Under the pieces are notes generated by a model that saw only the letters and a program-made list of their open reading frames with translations, had not been told where the DNA came from and did not search any database. From Sedimentisphaerales bacterium (GTDB taxonomy: Bacteria; Planctomycetota; Phycisphaerae; Sedimentisphaerales; SM23-30): a stretch of DNA of 64,000 nucleotides. Positions 1-11,030 of this stretch are shown here, piece after piece (position 1 is the first letter of the stretch; each line of letters opens with the position of its first letter). Made by a program: the position numbers and the translations under genes. The DNA is taken from NCBI GenBank assembly GCA_963663805.2, contig CAXXMR010000008.1, positions 128,001 to 192,000 of the forward strand. The letters are read 5' to 3'.

Positions 1-25
1 GATTACACGGATTACGCGGATTTTT
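1..25 (+). repeat. short 9-nt-period repeat (GATTACACG/GATTACGCG), partial at window edge
   Basis: gattacacg-gattacgcg-gatttt; a similar string (gattacacc-gattacgcg) recurs at 44380-44397. Confidence 0.45.
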
Positions 26-182
26 AACGGCACCGCTTACTTACGTGCGCGGCTCTGATAAATTGTGGCTATTTTGCGTAAAATTTCATTTGTAAGAGAC
101 TAGCTCTTGAAAAACATCGTGTTCGAAAGATTTAACGAGTCTTTATACTAACAAACTCGGCAGAAATAGCCAGGGAATTTAT

Positions 183-3100
183 TTATTTTTCCGGTTCGGC
201 GACCGTAAGCTGGAGAGGCCTGGTTTCGGCGCGGATTTTGGGGTTGTAGTATTCATAGACCGCCGAGGCGGGTGTTTGCGCCTTCAGCGGGAATTTTGCC
301 AGTAGTTGATAGGATAGCTCCACCGGTTGATTGTGCTTGATTTCGCGCAAGTACACGATTATTTGTCGGGCGGTCGTGGAATATTTTTCGATAGTTCCAT
401 TTTCGACGAGCTTGCGAAGTTGATCTTCAATAAGTGTGAATCCCGGCGGGATGGCCAAATCAACAATAACCATTTTAGCCGTGCCCGGTCGGTTATTTCT
501 AATAGTCGCGGCCACATTTAGTATGTCACTGGTTTTCAGTTCGGTACGGTCGTAATTAAGTTTTATGGACATTGGCTCTTGAATTTCCGGTGTTACGCCC
601 TGGCGGGGCAGGAAAAAGCGGGTCACCAGCTGATATTGCAGGTGGGCTTTTTCGGAAATTTTTATTTTGACGTTATTATCAGATTTGATGTGAGATTTCA
701 AATCGACCATCTGCATGACATCAGAATTGGAGTTGTCAATATGGATGGTCGAGGCGTTGACCCCGTTGCAAAGTACCTGAATTTCCGCGTTAATGTCACG
801 GCCAGTCTTCCGCTGAGCCATGAGCATTGCCCGCAAAGCCTGAATCGTCGCCTGGGTGGATTGCCACGTGCCGAAAGCGTCCTTATTTTTGGTCAGATAG
901 TTAACGGCCTGGTTGACTGTCGTCGTATTTCTGCCAGCACGGACCAGGGCCTGAATCGCTAAAGCGGTAAGTTCGATATCCGCCGAGGCACCTGTGCCGT
1001 GGGTTGGAGTCTCTGATTTTGACTGCCAATAGGTAACATCATCTTTGGTTTTGCTCAGGTCCAGCAGCCGGGAAATTAGTTTTTCGGTACTCTGGTCATC
1101 GGGGACAGCCACCGCAAAGGTGTTGGCACTGAGGGCGATGGTGTAAGGGTCGGTGATTTTATCGAGGTTTTCGCGCAGATAATCCAGTCCCTTATTAATC
1201 TGATGCCCCTGATATTGAGTCGAAGCCAGTGCCCAGGTGATATAAGCGGTATTGCGGATAACATCGTCGGTAAATTTGTTGATAGCGCCTTCGCGGATGC
1301 CGCCTTCGGAGGGTTTGTAGCTGCCGTCATTTTCCTGGGCGTTCGCCAGCCACTGCTGAGTACGGCGGATAATGTCAGAATCGACGTTGTGTACGCGGGC
1401 CATGTCGTAGAATTCCATCAGGCCGTACGCGGTCAGGATGCGATGAGCCGGGGCCTTGCCGAACCACTCGAACCCGCCGCCATCGACCTCGAACGAGACC
1501 AGCCGCTGATAACCCTGGCTGATGAACCCTTCAGCCTTCATTTGGAGTTCGGGTGTTACCTTGCCGGTCGATTTGAGGTAATCGAGCACGAGAATATTGG
1601 GATAGGTCACCGATGAGGTTTGCTCAAAACAGCCGAAGGGCATTCTCAGCATAGCATCTAAGCCCTCAACGATCTGACTTAAAACGCCGGGATAGATTTT
1701 CAGGAACATCGCTGACGCGTCAGCGATAGCATTTTCGGGGATGGTTATATTGTGGGACACAGTTTCGGTTAGCCGACCGCTGTGAGTAATGAGATTTTCC
1801 TTGCCGTCGGGCAGGATTTCAACCGAGCGGGCCAGGGCGTCGCTTTGGGCGGTGCCGCGAGCGGTAACGGTGAATTTTTGCAGGCCGACCTTTTTGGCTG
1901 TGACCGGGAAATAGACGGCCCGGACTTCGTCAGGACTGAGAGTGACGTTGCGGGTGAGAGGGCCTTTGAGCTCAAACCATTCCTCCGGCGTAACTTCCAG
2001 CGTGATTTGCTGGTCGGTTTTGAGATAGTTATATAAAGCGACTGGTACATGAACCAAATCGTTCTGGGTTAGAGCGACGGGGAAGTCGATATCGACAAAG
2101 AAATCCTGGAAGACGCGGATGCCGGCAGTGGTTGAGCCGAGCTGTCCCAGTGTGGAAGATGCCGAGGCGGTTAGTCGCCAGGTGGTAATTGAGTCCGCCA
2201 GCGGCAAATCAAGAGTCGCCCGTCCCTGGCCATCCGTGATAAGAGCCGGCTCGAAGTAGAGAGTCTCAGGGAAATACTCACGAATCCGGATCGGCTCCGC
2301 CCCGGCTGAAGCGGATTCGTCGGCGACCATCAGAGCTTCGTTTTTGAACATTCTCATAGCTGGGTTTGGCAGTACTCCGGCTGCCTGGGGCATAGCCATT
2401 CCGAACGCCAGGTTATCTTCCATTTCCATCATCCCGCCGCCGCGTGCGAACCGGTCGTCAAAGACTCTGCGTTTAGCCAGGTCGATTTCGAAATCGTCAG
2501 CCGTAGCCCACTTGCCGTCGATGCCCGACGAGAGCAGTTTGAACCAGTGGTAATTCTGGCGATGTTCGGACCAGTCGCCCGTGATCTTCAGCTGACCCTG
2601 CCAGAGGTCCAGCGAATCTTTTTGTTTGAGAAATCCCAGTTCGACAAGCTGTGCGATAGTAACGGGGTTTTTATAGGTTCGTTTTGGGCGGTTTTTTTCT
2701 GATAGTTCGCTCAGGGCCTGCATGACGGCTTGATATTGGGGCAGGAGTTTATCGCGGAGCTTGTTTTGAAGTTGCTGTCCCTTGTTGTTGCGCTGGTAGG
2801 TGTTGACATTCAGCGGGAAGTTTTCCAGACCTTCGGCTGAGGCGAGCAGTATGCGGGCGGCCTGCTGCGCATGTGACTGCAAGGGGCGGGGCTGGGGGCC
2901 GGGGATGGGTGTTATTACGCAATCGTCGAGTTGGTAGCCGTGGATTTCGTAGCGGGGTTTGGTGATTTCCTGTTCGAGATAGAAGTAGATTTTTTCCAGA
3001 CCGGGCTGATTTTCCTGTAAGGCGTATACGGCTTCATCGACCACGATTAGGCCGAGCGCGGCGGGTAGGCCTTTGCCGTTTTTGTCGGTTACGTTGAATT

Positions 3101-5028
3101 GTAACTCCGCCGAGGTGCCGGGCAGGTAGGTTCTATCGGTCCCGGTAATCTGGATATTAAGGTCGTTGGCGGGGTCGATGAGGATGATTTTGTGGTCGCG
3201 GGTGGCGATTCCTTCGGGCCCGAGCAGCCAGGCGGTGATTTGAACGGTGCCGGACAAGGTCGCGTCGATAGCAACGGTGTCCTGGGCCCGGCCGTTACGC
3301 AGTTCCAGGGTGCGGGTGAGGAAGGTTTGGGAATCTTTGATGATGTCCAGATATAGTGTTCCGGTTTGCTGAGTGGAAAGGGCGGTGAGTTTAATTTCGT
3401 CACCGACTTTATACAGGGCGTGGTCCAGACGCAAGAGGAGGGATTGTTCATTTGGTGGGGCGGTGGGGAGCTGGATGTTTTTTTGGGCTTTTTGGCCGCG
3501 TTCGTCCTGGGCGAATAATTGCATTTCGGGGGTAGAATCGGTGGGGGTGATGGCGAACTGGGCGAAACCTCCGTCGTCGGTTTTGGTTTCGATAGGGGCG
3601 TTGGGTGCGTTTTGCCAGGTGAGTGTGCAGGGGGCGGGGGTGCCGTCGGCGTAGGTGGTGACGAGGTATATATAGTTTGTGAGGCCGGTGATGAGTTGGC
3701 CTGATTCGGCGGCGGCGGCAATGATAATTGGCTCAGCGGTGATGGTGAGGTTGCGGGTGATGGTTTCCTGATGGTCGGCGGTGTCGATAAGTTCTACGTC
3801 GATTTTTACTGAGGCTTTGCCGTCCTGGAGGGGTTGGCCTACGAAATGGTCGGGCAGTTGGGCTTCAAACATATATTGGCCGGAATCGCTGGTACGACCT
3901 TCGATGATTTGGAATTGTTCGTAAGCGACATCGAATTTTGAACAGGTGATTTTGACTTTGGCGTTAGCGACGGGTTTGCCGAAAAAGTAGTCGGCCTGGA
4001 TGGTTCCTTTAATGGTTTGGCCGGGCTGGTAGAAGGGGTGGTCGGGAGTGAAGTTGATTTTGTATTTGGGCAGGACGTAGCGTTCGATGTTTACGGTTTT
4101 TTCCTGCTGGGAAGCGTCGGTGATGACGCGAATTCGCCAGGTGCCGAGATTGAGTTCGTTAGCGAGTACAAAATCGGTGTGGGCGATACCGTATTGGTCG
4201 GTTTGGGCGGTTATTTTGCCGAGTTTGTTGCCTTTTGCGTCTTCGATTTCGAAGGTGACCGGGCTGTCCGCCAGCGGCTTAAGTTCGGGCTGATTGAGGG
4301 TTAGTGAGCGGATGTGAATGGTTTGGCCGGGCTGATAGATGGGTTTGTCGGTGGTGAGCAGGGTTTTCAGGGCGGTGCGGATGGAGATTGATTCTTCGAT
4401 TTGGTCCTGGTTGGTGGCGGTTTGGGCGGTAATACGGAGCAGGGCGGATTCTAATGGGATATCGGGCATTCTCAGGGGCAGGGCGGCATGGCCCCGGTCG
4501 TCAGTTTTGACATTGGCGGCGGCGATTACCGTGTCGTCGTGGATGAGTTCAGCGGTTATGGCGGCATGGGGTACGGGTCGGTCGGCGGCACGGTCGCGGA
4601 GGATTACGGTGATTATCGGTTGGGTTCCGACGAGGAATTCACGTTGGCCGAGAACGATGGTTTCGAGAATCTGGCTTAATAATAGTATGCTGCGTCGCTG
4701 ATATTCCTGTTGGGAGTTGAAGCGGTAGCGGACGTAGTAGTTTTCCCGGTTCGGCGGGGGTCAGGGCGGCAGTGAAGGTGACGGTAACTGGTTTGCCTTT
4801 ATGGTTTTGGGTGACTTTGGCCAGGAGTTGGTTGTCGAGGTTATATAGTTCGGCTTCAAAGGTGCCGGGCGGGGCGGCGGCGGGGTCGAAAACGAGGGTG
4901 AGGTGGTCGGTGGTGATTTCACGCAGGGCGAGAATTTCGGCGGTGGTTTGGTTCTGGGCGGTCAGCAGAGCGGCGGCGGTTACGGTAAGGCCAATTGCAA
5001 TAGAAAGTATGGTTCCAGTTTTTTTCAT
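183..5028 (-). CDS. alpha-2-macroglobulin family thioester protein, split by one extra base near 4745
   Basis: MG2 motif TDKPIYQPGQT, IREYFPETLYF, thioester GCFEQ, C-terminal VYEYYNP. ORF 4639-5028 supplies the signal peptide; removing one base at CCGGGAAAAC gives a continuous frame (span 4846 = 3n+1). Confidence 0.9.
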
Positions 5029-5260
5029 TTCGGGGCCCCTTATGTTTGAGACATTGTTTTTTTGTTCCTGTTTCTTATGACAGCCGGAGGGGGGAGAAGT
5101 TTCAAGATTTTTCTGGATTTTTTGAGAAAGGCAGGTGTGGTAAGGCGTGTTTTTTATGGGGAATTAGGTAGTGGTAAATCCTTGTGGGGCGGGGGTTGGG
5201 CGGCTATAATACGGGTTTTGCTGGTATTTTAAGGCGTAAATTCGATAGAAAAGGTAAAAA

Positions 5261-6694
5261 ATGGCTGAGACACTCAAAAAACTCGATGATCTGGTGGCAT
5301 TGTGCAAGCGGCGGGGATTCATATTCCAAAGCAGTGATATATATGGCGGGTTGGCTAGCTGCTACGATTATGGTCCGCTGGGTGCGGAGCTGAAACATAA
5401 TGTCAAGAACGCGTGGTGGAAAAATGTGGTGCAGATGCGTGATGATATGGTCGGGCTGGACTGCTCGATTCTGATGCACCCGATGGTTTGGAAAGCTTCG
5501 GGTCATCTGGACAAGTTTTCGGATTTGATTTGTGAGTGTCGCAAGTGCAATACGCGGACGCGGGTGGACCATCTGGCTACCAAGGAAGGCAGCGACAGCG
5601 AGGAGCTGGTCGATAAGGTATGTCCATCGTGCGGGACTACGGGTCAGTTTACCGAGCCGATGCCGTTTAAGCTGATGTTTGAGACTCAGATGGGTGCTAA
5701 CGCTGATGATTCGATGACGGTTTATCTTCGGCCTGAGACGGCACAGGGGATTTTCGCTAATTATCGCAATGTTCTGGACTCGACGCGGATAAAGGTTCCT
5801 TTTGGGATCGCTCAGACGGGCAAGAGTTTTCGGAACGAGGTTACGACCAAAGCGTTTATCTTCCGGACACGTGAATTTGAGCAGATGGAAATTGAATTTT
5901 TCTGCAAGCCGGGTACTGACGATGAATGGTATGAACATTGGAAAGAACAGCGGATGAGCTGGTATACGAATCTGGGAGTTAGGCCGGGCAATTTGCGGTT
6001 CCGGGATCATGACCCGGATGAGCTGGCTCATTATGCCAAGGCTTGTGTTGATATTGAATATAAGTTCCCGTTCGGGCAGGGCGACTGGCAGGAGCTGGAA
6101 GGTATCGCTAACCGTACGGATTATGATTTGCGTCAGCATCAGCGGGGGATGCGGAGTGTGACCAAGTGGTTTGAGGCGGGGCGTGATACGGTTAAAACTG
6201 AGCTGGTGGCGGAGTCTGAAGACTGGCAGAAGGGGCCTTTGAGTTTCTTTGATGACCAGGCGCGGGAACGTTATATACCTTATGTGATTGAGCCTTCGGC
6301 GGGTGCGGACCGGGGAACGCTGGCGTTTCTGGTGGATGCTTACGCTGAGGAAGAAGTCAAGGGCGAGAAGCGTAATGTTTTGCGTTTTCATCCGGCGCTG
6401 GCACCGATCAAGGTGGCGATTTTTCCGCTGGTTAAGAAGGAAGGTATGCCGGAAAAGGCGCACGCTATCCATGATGATTTGCGTCGTCATTTTGCTTGTT
6501 TCTATGACGAAAAGAGCGCGGTGGGTCGTCGTTATCGTCGGCAGGATGAGGCGGGGACACCTTACTGCGTTTGTGTTGACGGTCAGACAAACGAAGATAA
6601 TACGGTTACGGTGCGTGACCGTGATACGATGGAGCAGGTTCGGGTTGGCTGTGATCAGTTGAAGGGTTATCTGCGGGATAAACTGGATTTGTAG
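5261..6694 (+). CDS. glyQS: glycine--tRNA ligase (homodimeric alpha2 type)
   Basis: KRRGF..SSDIYGG, YLRPETAQGIF, KSFRNE, FRTREFEQMEIE, VIEPSAGADR, anticodon domain GRRYRRQDEAGTP. Confidence 0.97.
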   Translation: MAETLKKLDDLVALCKRRGFIFQSSDIYGGLASCYDYGPLGAELKHNVKNAWWKNVVQMRDDMVGLDCSILMHPMVWKASGHLDKFSDLICECRKCNTRTRVDHLATKEGSDSEELVDKVCPSCGTTGQFTEPMPFKLMFETQMGANADDSMTVYLRPETAQGIFANYRNVLDSTRIKVPFGIAQTGKSFRNEVTTKAFIFRTREFEQMEIEFFCKPGTDDEWYEHWKEQRMSWYTNLGVRPGNLRFRDHDPDELAHYAKACVDIEYKFPFGQGDWQELEGIANRTDYDLRQHQRGMRSVTKWFEAGRDTVKTELVAESEDWQKGPLSFFDDQARERYIPYVIEPSAGADRGTLAFLVDAYAEEEVKGEKRNVLRFHPALAPIKVAIFPLVKKEGMPEKAHAIHDDLRRHFACFYDEKSAVGRRYRRQDEAGTPYCVCVDGQTNEDNTVTVRDRDTMEQVRVGCDQLKGYLRDKLDL

Positions 6695-6719
6695 GCAAAT
6701 TCTACTGTTGGGAGTTGAC

Positions 6720-8135
6720 ATGAAACAGGTCAAAAGCAGGCGTGATTTTCTGAAACTAACCGCGTCATCTCTGGCGTGCGCTTTGTTTCCGGGTTGTGCG
6801 GGGTTGGGAAGGTCTGGGGCAAAGAGAAAACGCCCTAATATCGTTCTGATCTTTCTGGATGACTCGGGCTGGTCAGACTTTGAGCCTTTTGGTCAACATG
6901 AATATCATACTCCCAATGTGAATCGTCTAGCGAGTGAGGGTTGTTGTTTTACTCATTTTTATGTGCCTCAGGCGGTATGTTCGGCATCCCGTGCTTCGTT
7001 GCTTTGCGGTTGTTTTCCGGGCAGGACGAAAGTGTTTGGTGCTTTGAGGCCCAAAAAACGCGGGCTGGAGCCAAAGTACAAGATTATGTCGGAGGTATTG
7101 GGGGCGAATGGGTATAAGACGGCGGTTTTCGGCAAGTGGCATATTGGTGACGACGAAGGCACGCGGCCCTGGGATAGAGGTTTTGATGAATCCTGCGGGC
7201 TGCTTTACTCAAATGATATGTGGGGGCATCATCCGCAAAACCCCGAGTACTGGGCTCAGCATCCCTTGCAGTTTTTTGAGAAGGACAAGGCGACAATTGA
7301 AAGTGTTCAGCCGGAAGATCAGGCGATGCTTACAACCTGGTATACGGAGCACTCGGTTGATTTTATCAAACGTCATAAGGATGTTCCGTTTTTTCTTTAT
7401 GTCCCGCATTCCATGCCTCATGTGCCGATATATGTGAGCGATAAGTTTCGGGGCAAATCCGGGCAGGGGCTGTATGGTGATGTGATCATGGAGATTGACT
7501 GGTCGGTGGGGCAGATTAATCAAGCGTTGAAGGAATGCGGTATCGAAGATGATACGCTGGTGATACTCAGCAGTGACAATGGTCCCTGGATTGTTTATGG
7601 TAATCATGCGGGGCAGACGCCTTTCCGGGAGGCCAAGGGTACAACTTTTGACGGCGGGATTCGCAGTGCGTGTATAATGAAGTATCCCGGCAAGATCGCC
7701 GCGGGTTCAGAAAGTGAACAGATGTTCAGTACTGTCGATCTTATGCCTACGCTGGCAGGGTTGGCGGGTGCGGTTTTGCCGGATGGTGAAATTGACGGTA
7801 GAGATGTCTGGGATATTATCGCTGGGAAGGCGGGGGCGGAAAATCCGCATGATTATTATCCGTTTTCCAATAACAGGGAGTTTCAGGGTGTTATCAGCGG
7901 TGACGGGAGGTGGAAGCTGCATGTTACTCATGAATATCGTACTCTGGAGGTGGCGGGTAAAGACGGCAAGCCGGGTGAGTATAAGAAAGAAAAGATCGGC
8001 TGGTCGCTTTTTGATATGAAAAATGACCCTATGGAAAGCGAAGATGTAAAGGATAAATATCCGGAAATATTCGAGTGTCTTAAAAAACATGCGCTTGGTC
8101 ACAAGCAGAGATTTTATTCCAAACAGAAAATCTGA
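6720..8135 (+). CDS. Tat-exported arylsulfatase (Cys/formylglycine type)
   Basis: SRRDFLK Tat motif, PNIVLIFLDD, CSASRASLL, GKWHIG, SSDNG; ATG 6720 follows GGAG. Confidence 0.93.
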   Translation: MKQVKSRRDFLKLTASSLACALFPGCAGLGRSGAKRKRPNIVLIFLDDSGWSDFEPFGQHEYHTPNVNRLASEGCCFTHFYVPQAVCSASRASLLCGCFPGRTKVFGALRPKKRGLEPKYKIMSEVLGANGYKTAVFGKWHIGDDEGTRPWDRGFDESCGLLYSNDMWGHHPQNPEYWAQHPLQFFEKDKATIESVQPEDQAMLTTWYTEHSVDFIKRHKDVPFFLYVPHSMPHVPIYVSDKFRGKSGQGLYGDVIMEIDWSVGQINQALKECGIEDDTLVILSSDNGPWIVYGNHAGQTPFREAKGTTFDGGIRSACIMKYPGKIAAGSESEQMFSTVDLMPTLAGLAGAVLPDGEIDGRDVWDIIAGKAGAENPHDYYPFSNNREFQGVISGDGRWKLHVTHEYRTLEVAGKDGKPGEYKKEKIGWSLFDMKNDPMESEDVKDKYPEIFECLKKHALGHKQRFYSKQKI

Positions 8136-8283
8136 ATGTGTCTTACAGGTGAAGATATGCCGGATAAAAGCGAGGCGGCTGAGCGTATAGAAAGTCAATA
8201 GAAGGAGTGAAGTAATATTGCGTGTCGAGAGGGGCCCTTTGTTTGAAAGTTTAGAAACATATAGTTTGCGAGAGGCTTAGGCG

Positions 8284-9792
8284 ATGGACAATTCACGTGT
8301 TTTGATTGCCGATATGAAAGATTATGTGGGTCAGGAAGTGCTTTTGCAGGGGTGGCTTTATAATTCTCGGTCGAGTGGTAAGGTTCAGTTTTTGATGGTT
8401 CGGGATGGTTCGGGTCTTTGTCAGGCGGTATATGAGAAGACCGAGGAGAACGCTGAGCGTTATCAAGAAGTGCGGCATCTGGGTCAGGAGTCTTCTGTTA
8501 GTCTGCGGGGGATGGTGCGTGAGGAGCCGCGTAGCGTGGGGGGGTATGAGCTGGCAGTTAGCGAGGTGGCGATTGTTCAGGCGTCTACGGATTATCCGAT
8601 TACGCCGAAGGAGCATGGTATTGATTTTCTGCTGCGTCATCGGCATTTGCATTTGCGTTCGCAGCGTCAGTGGGCGTTGGCTCGGCTGCGTCATACGGTG
8701 ATAAATTCTATTCGGGAGTTTTTTAACGGGAACGGTTTTACGCTGGTCGATACGCCGATCTTCGCGCCGGCGGCGGGTGAGGGTGAACAGACTCTGTTTG
8801 GGGTGGATTATTTTGGTGAGCAGGTTTATCTGGCTCAGACAGGTCAGTTATATCTGGAGTCTGCGGCGTTGGCGTTGGGTAAGGTCTATTGTTTTGGCCC
8901 GACGTTTCGGGCGGAAAAGAGCAAGACACGTCGGCATCTGACAGAGTTCTGGATGGTGGAGCCGGAGGTGGCGTATATCGAACTTGATGGGCTGCTGGAT
9001 CTGGCGGAGAATTTTATTACGCATATTGTTAAGGCGGCGTTGCGGGATAGGCGGGCGGAGCTGGAGATGCTGGGGCGGGATTTGAGCGATTTGGAGAAGA
9101 TTGAAGTGCCTTTTGTGCGGCTTAGTTATACCGAAGCGGTTGATTTGCTGCACAGCCGGAAGGTTAGCGATTATCTGGATGAGCAGTTGGCCCAGAAGCA
9201 GGGACAGGTGGAGCGGCTGGAAGCGGATATTGCCCAATGGGAAAGTGAAGAGAAAGAGGCCAAGAAGCAATGGCAGAAAGATAAGCTGGCTCGCGAGCTT
9301 CAGGATTCGCGTGCGGCGGCGGCTGAGCTTCAGGAGCAGATTAGTAATATTCCGCATCACAAGGAGCTGGCGGCGGGTTTTGTCTGGGGTAAGGATTTGG
9401 GCGGTTCGGATGAGTCGATTATTTCGGCATTGCATGAGCGACCTGTGTTTGTGCATCGTTATCCGAAAGAAGCGAAGGCTTTTTATATGAAACCTGACCC
9501 GGATAACGGCAAAGTTGTGATGAATTTTGACTGTCTGGCGCCGCAGGGTTATGGCGAGATTATCGGCGGTTCGATGCGTGAGGACAGCTATGATGCGTTG
9601 GTTGGTCGTATCGAAGAAGAATGTTATAATCAGGCGGATTATGAATGGTATCTGGATTTGCGTCGTTACGGGAGTGTGCCGCACGGCGGGTTCGGGCTGG
9701 GGGTGGAGCGTACGGTAGCATGGCTGGCGGGTCTCAAGCATATTCGGGAGACGATTGCTTTTCCGCGGATGATGGGGAAGATTTATCCTTAA
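8284..9792 (+). CDS. asnS: asparagine--tRNA ligase with coiled-coil insertion
   Basis: LAQTGQLYLE, FRAEKSKTRRHLTEFWMVEPE, GEIIGGSMRE, PHGGFGLGVER. Confidence 0.95.
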   Translation: MDNSRVLIADMKDYVGQEVLLQGWLYNSRSSGKVQFLMVRDGSGLCQAVYEKTEENAERYQEVRHLGQESSVSLRGMVREEPRSVGGYELAVSEVAIVQASTDYPITPKEHGIDFLLRHRHLHLRSQRQWALARLRHTVINSIREFFNGNGFTLVDTPIFAPAAGEGEQTLFGVDYFGEQVYLAQTGQLYLESAALALGKVYCFGPTFRAEKSKTRRHLTEFWMVEPEVAYIELDGLLDLAENFITHIVKAALRDRRAELEMLGRDLSDLEKIEVPFVRLSYTEAVDLLHSRKVSDYLDEQLAQKQGQVERLEADIAQWESEEKEAKKQWQKDKLARELQDSRAAAAELQEQISNIPHHKELAAGFVWGKDLGGSDESIISALHERPVFVHRYPKEAKAFYMKPDPDNGKVVMNFDCLAPQGYGEIIGGSMREDSYDALVGRIEEECYNQADYEWYLDLRRYGSVPHGGFGLGVERTVAWLAGLKHIRETIAFPRMMGKIYP

Positions 9793-9858
9793 ACGGCATC
9801 AGCCTTTGGCTGAAGATTTCAGAGGTCAGATTTCAGGAATCAGATTAACGGCGAGGTA

Positions 9859-9886
9859 CCTGCTTTCGGCAGGGTTATTTTTATTT
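9859..9886 (+). terminator. probable intrinsic terminator after asnS
   Basis: cctgc-tttcg-gcagg followed by a T-rich tract. Confidence 0.5.
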
Positions 9887-10079
9887 AACGTCAACAGCAG
9901 GCGTTTTTGTTGTTTTTGTGGTGAACCGGTGGTTGGGTTTGGGCGTATCAAACTTAGAATTCCTAACACTGTGAAAAACACGTTTGGTTAGAACTTCTTA
10001 GAAGGATTTGGTTTTTCATGAGGTCGCAGGTATCGACGGGCTGATAAGTGGCGAGAATTAAAGCGATGCAGGAGTAATT

Positions 10080-11030
10080 ATGGAAGATCGCGCCCTGGAG
10101 ACGGTTAATGAATCGTTGAGTTCTTTGCGGGGTAATCTGGAGGATGTTATCAGAGGCAAAAGTGAGTGCATCGAGATACTCACGGTTGCTTTGCTGGCGG
10201 GCGGTTCGGTATTGCTGGAGGATATACCGGGGGTGGGCAAGACTACTCTGGCTAAGGCTTTGGCTCGCAGCATATCGGTGGATTTTCGGCGGATTCAGTT
10301 TACTCCTGATTTACTGCCGGCGGATATTCTGGGTTCTTCGGTTTATAATCCGGTGACGGGTTCTTTTGATTTTCGGCAGGGGCCGATATTTTGTAATGTT
10401 CTGCTGGCGGATGAGATTAATCGTGCTTCGCCGCGTACTCAGTCGGCTTTGCTGGAAGCGATGAACGAAGCGCAGGCGACGATTGAAGGCAAGCGATATA
10501 TTTTGCCGGACCCTTTTCTGGTTTTGGCGACTCAGAATCCGGCGGATTATCAGGGGACATATCCGTTGCCGGAAGCTCAGGTTGACCGTTTTCTGGTTCA
10601 GCTGGATTTGGGTTATCCGGCGGCTGAAGTTGAAGTTGATATTTTGCAGAGTCATGCGACGAACCATATTTTTGAATTTTTGCGGCCTGTGATGACGGCG
10701 GAGCGGGTGGTGGAATTGCAGAATATGGTGCGGGCGGTGCATGTTGACCGTTCGATTTTTGAGTATATTGTGCGGCTGGTTCAGGCGACTCGTGAGGATG
10801 GGCAATTGAAGCTGGGTGTTAGTCCGCGTGGTTCGCTGATGCTGTCGCGGGCGGCCCAGGCGCATGCCTTGAGTAAAGGGCGTGATTATGCAACGCCTGA
10901 CGATGTCCAGCGTCTGGCGCCCTATGTGCTGGCCCATCGTCTGATGCTGACATCGCAAAGTCGTTATGACGGCACGACCAAGCGGAAAGTAATTGACGAT
11001 ATTCTTAATCGGACAAAGGTTCCCACATGA
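10080..11030 (+). CDS. MoxR family AAA+ ATPase
   Basis: EDIPGVGKTT, RIQFTPDLLPADILG, LADEINRASPRTQSALLEAM, ATQNP, GTYPLPEAQVDRF. Confidence 0.95.
   Translation: MEDRALETVNESLSSLRGNLEDVIRGKSECIEILTVALLAGGSVLLEDIPGVGKTTLAKALARSISVDFRRIQFTPDLLPADILGSSVYNPVTGSFDFRQGPIFCNVLLADEINRASPRTQSALLEAMNEAQATIEGKRYILPDPFLVLATQNPADYQGTYPLPEAQVDRFLVQLDLGYPAAEVEVDILQSHATNHIFEFLRPVMTAERVVELQNMVRAVHVDRSIFEYIVRLVQATREDGQLKLGVSPRGSLMLSRAAQAHALSKGRDYATPDDVQRLAPYVLAHRLMLTSQSRYDGTTKRKVIDDILNRTKVPT

Noticed and set aside
3089..3721. Pro/Ser-rich 210-aa ORF
   Set aside because: Alternate frame of the C-rich A2M coding strand.
5204..6733. 509-aa antisense ORF covering glyQS
   Set aside because: No motifs; a shadow ORF explained by codon bias. 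Similar antisense ORFs lie opposite asnS, the MoxR gene and others.
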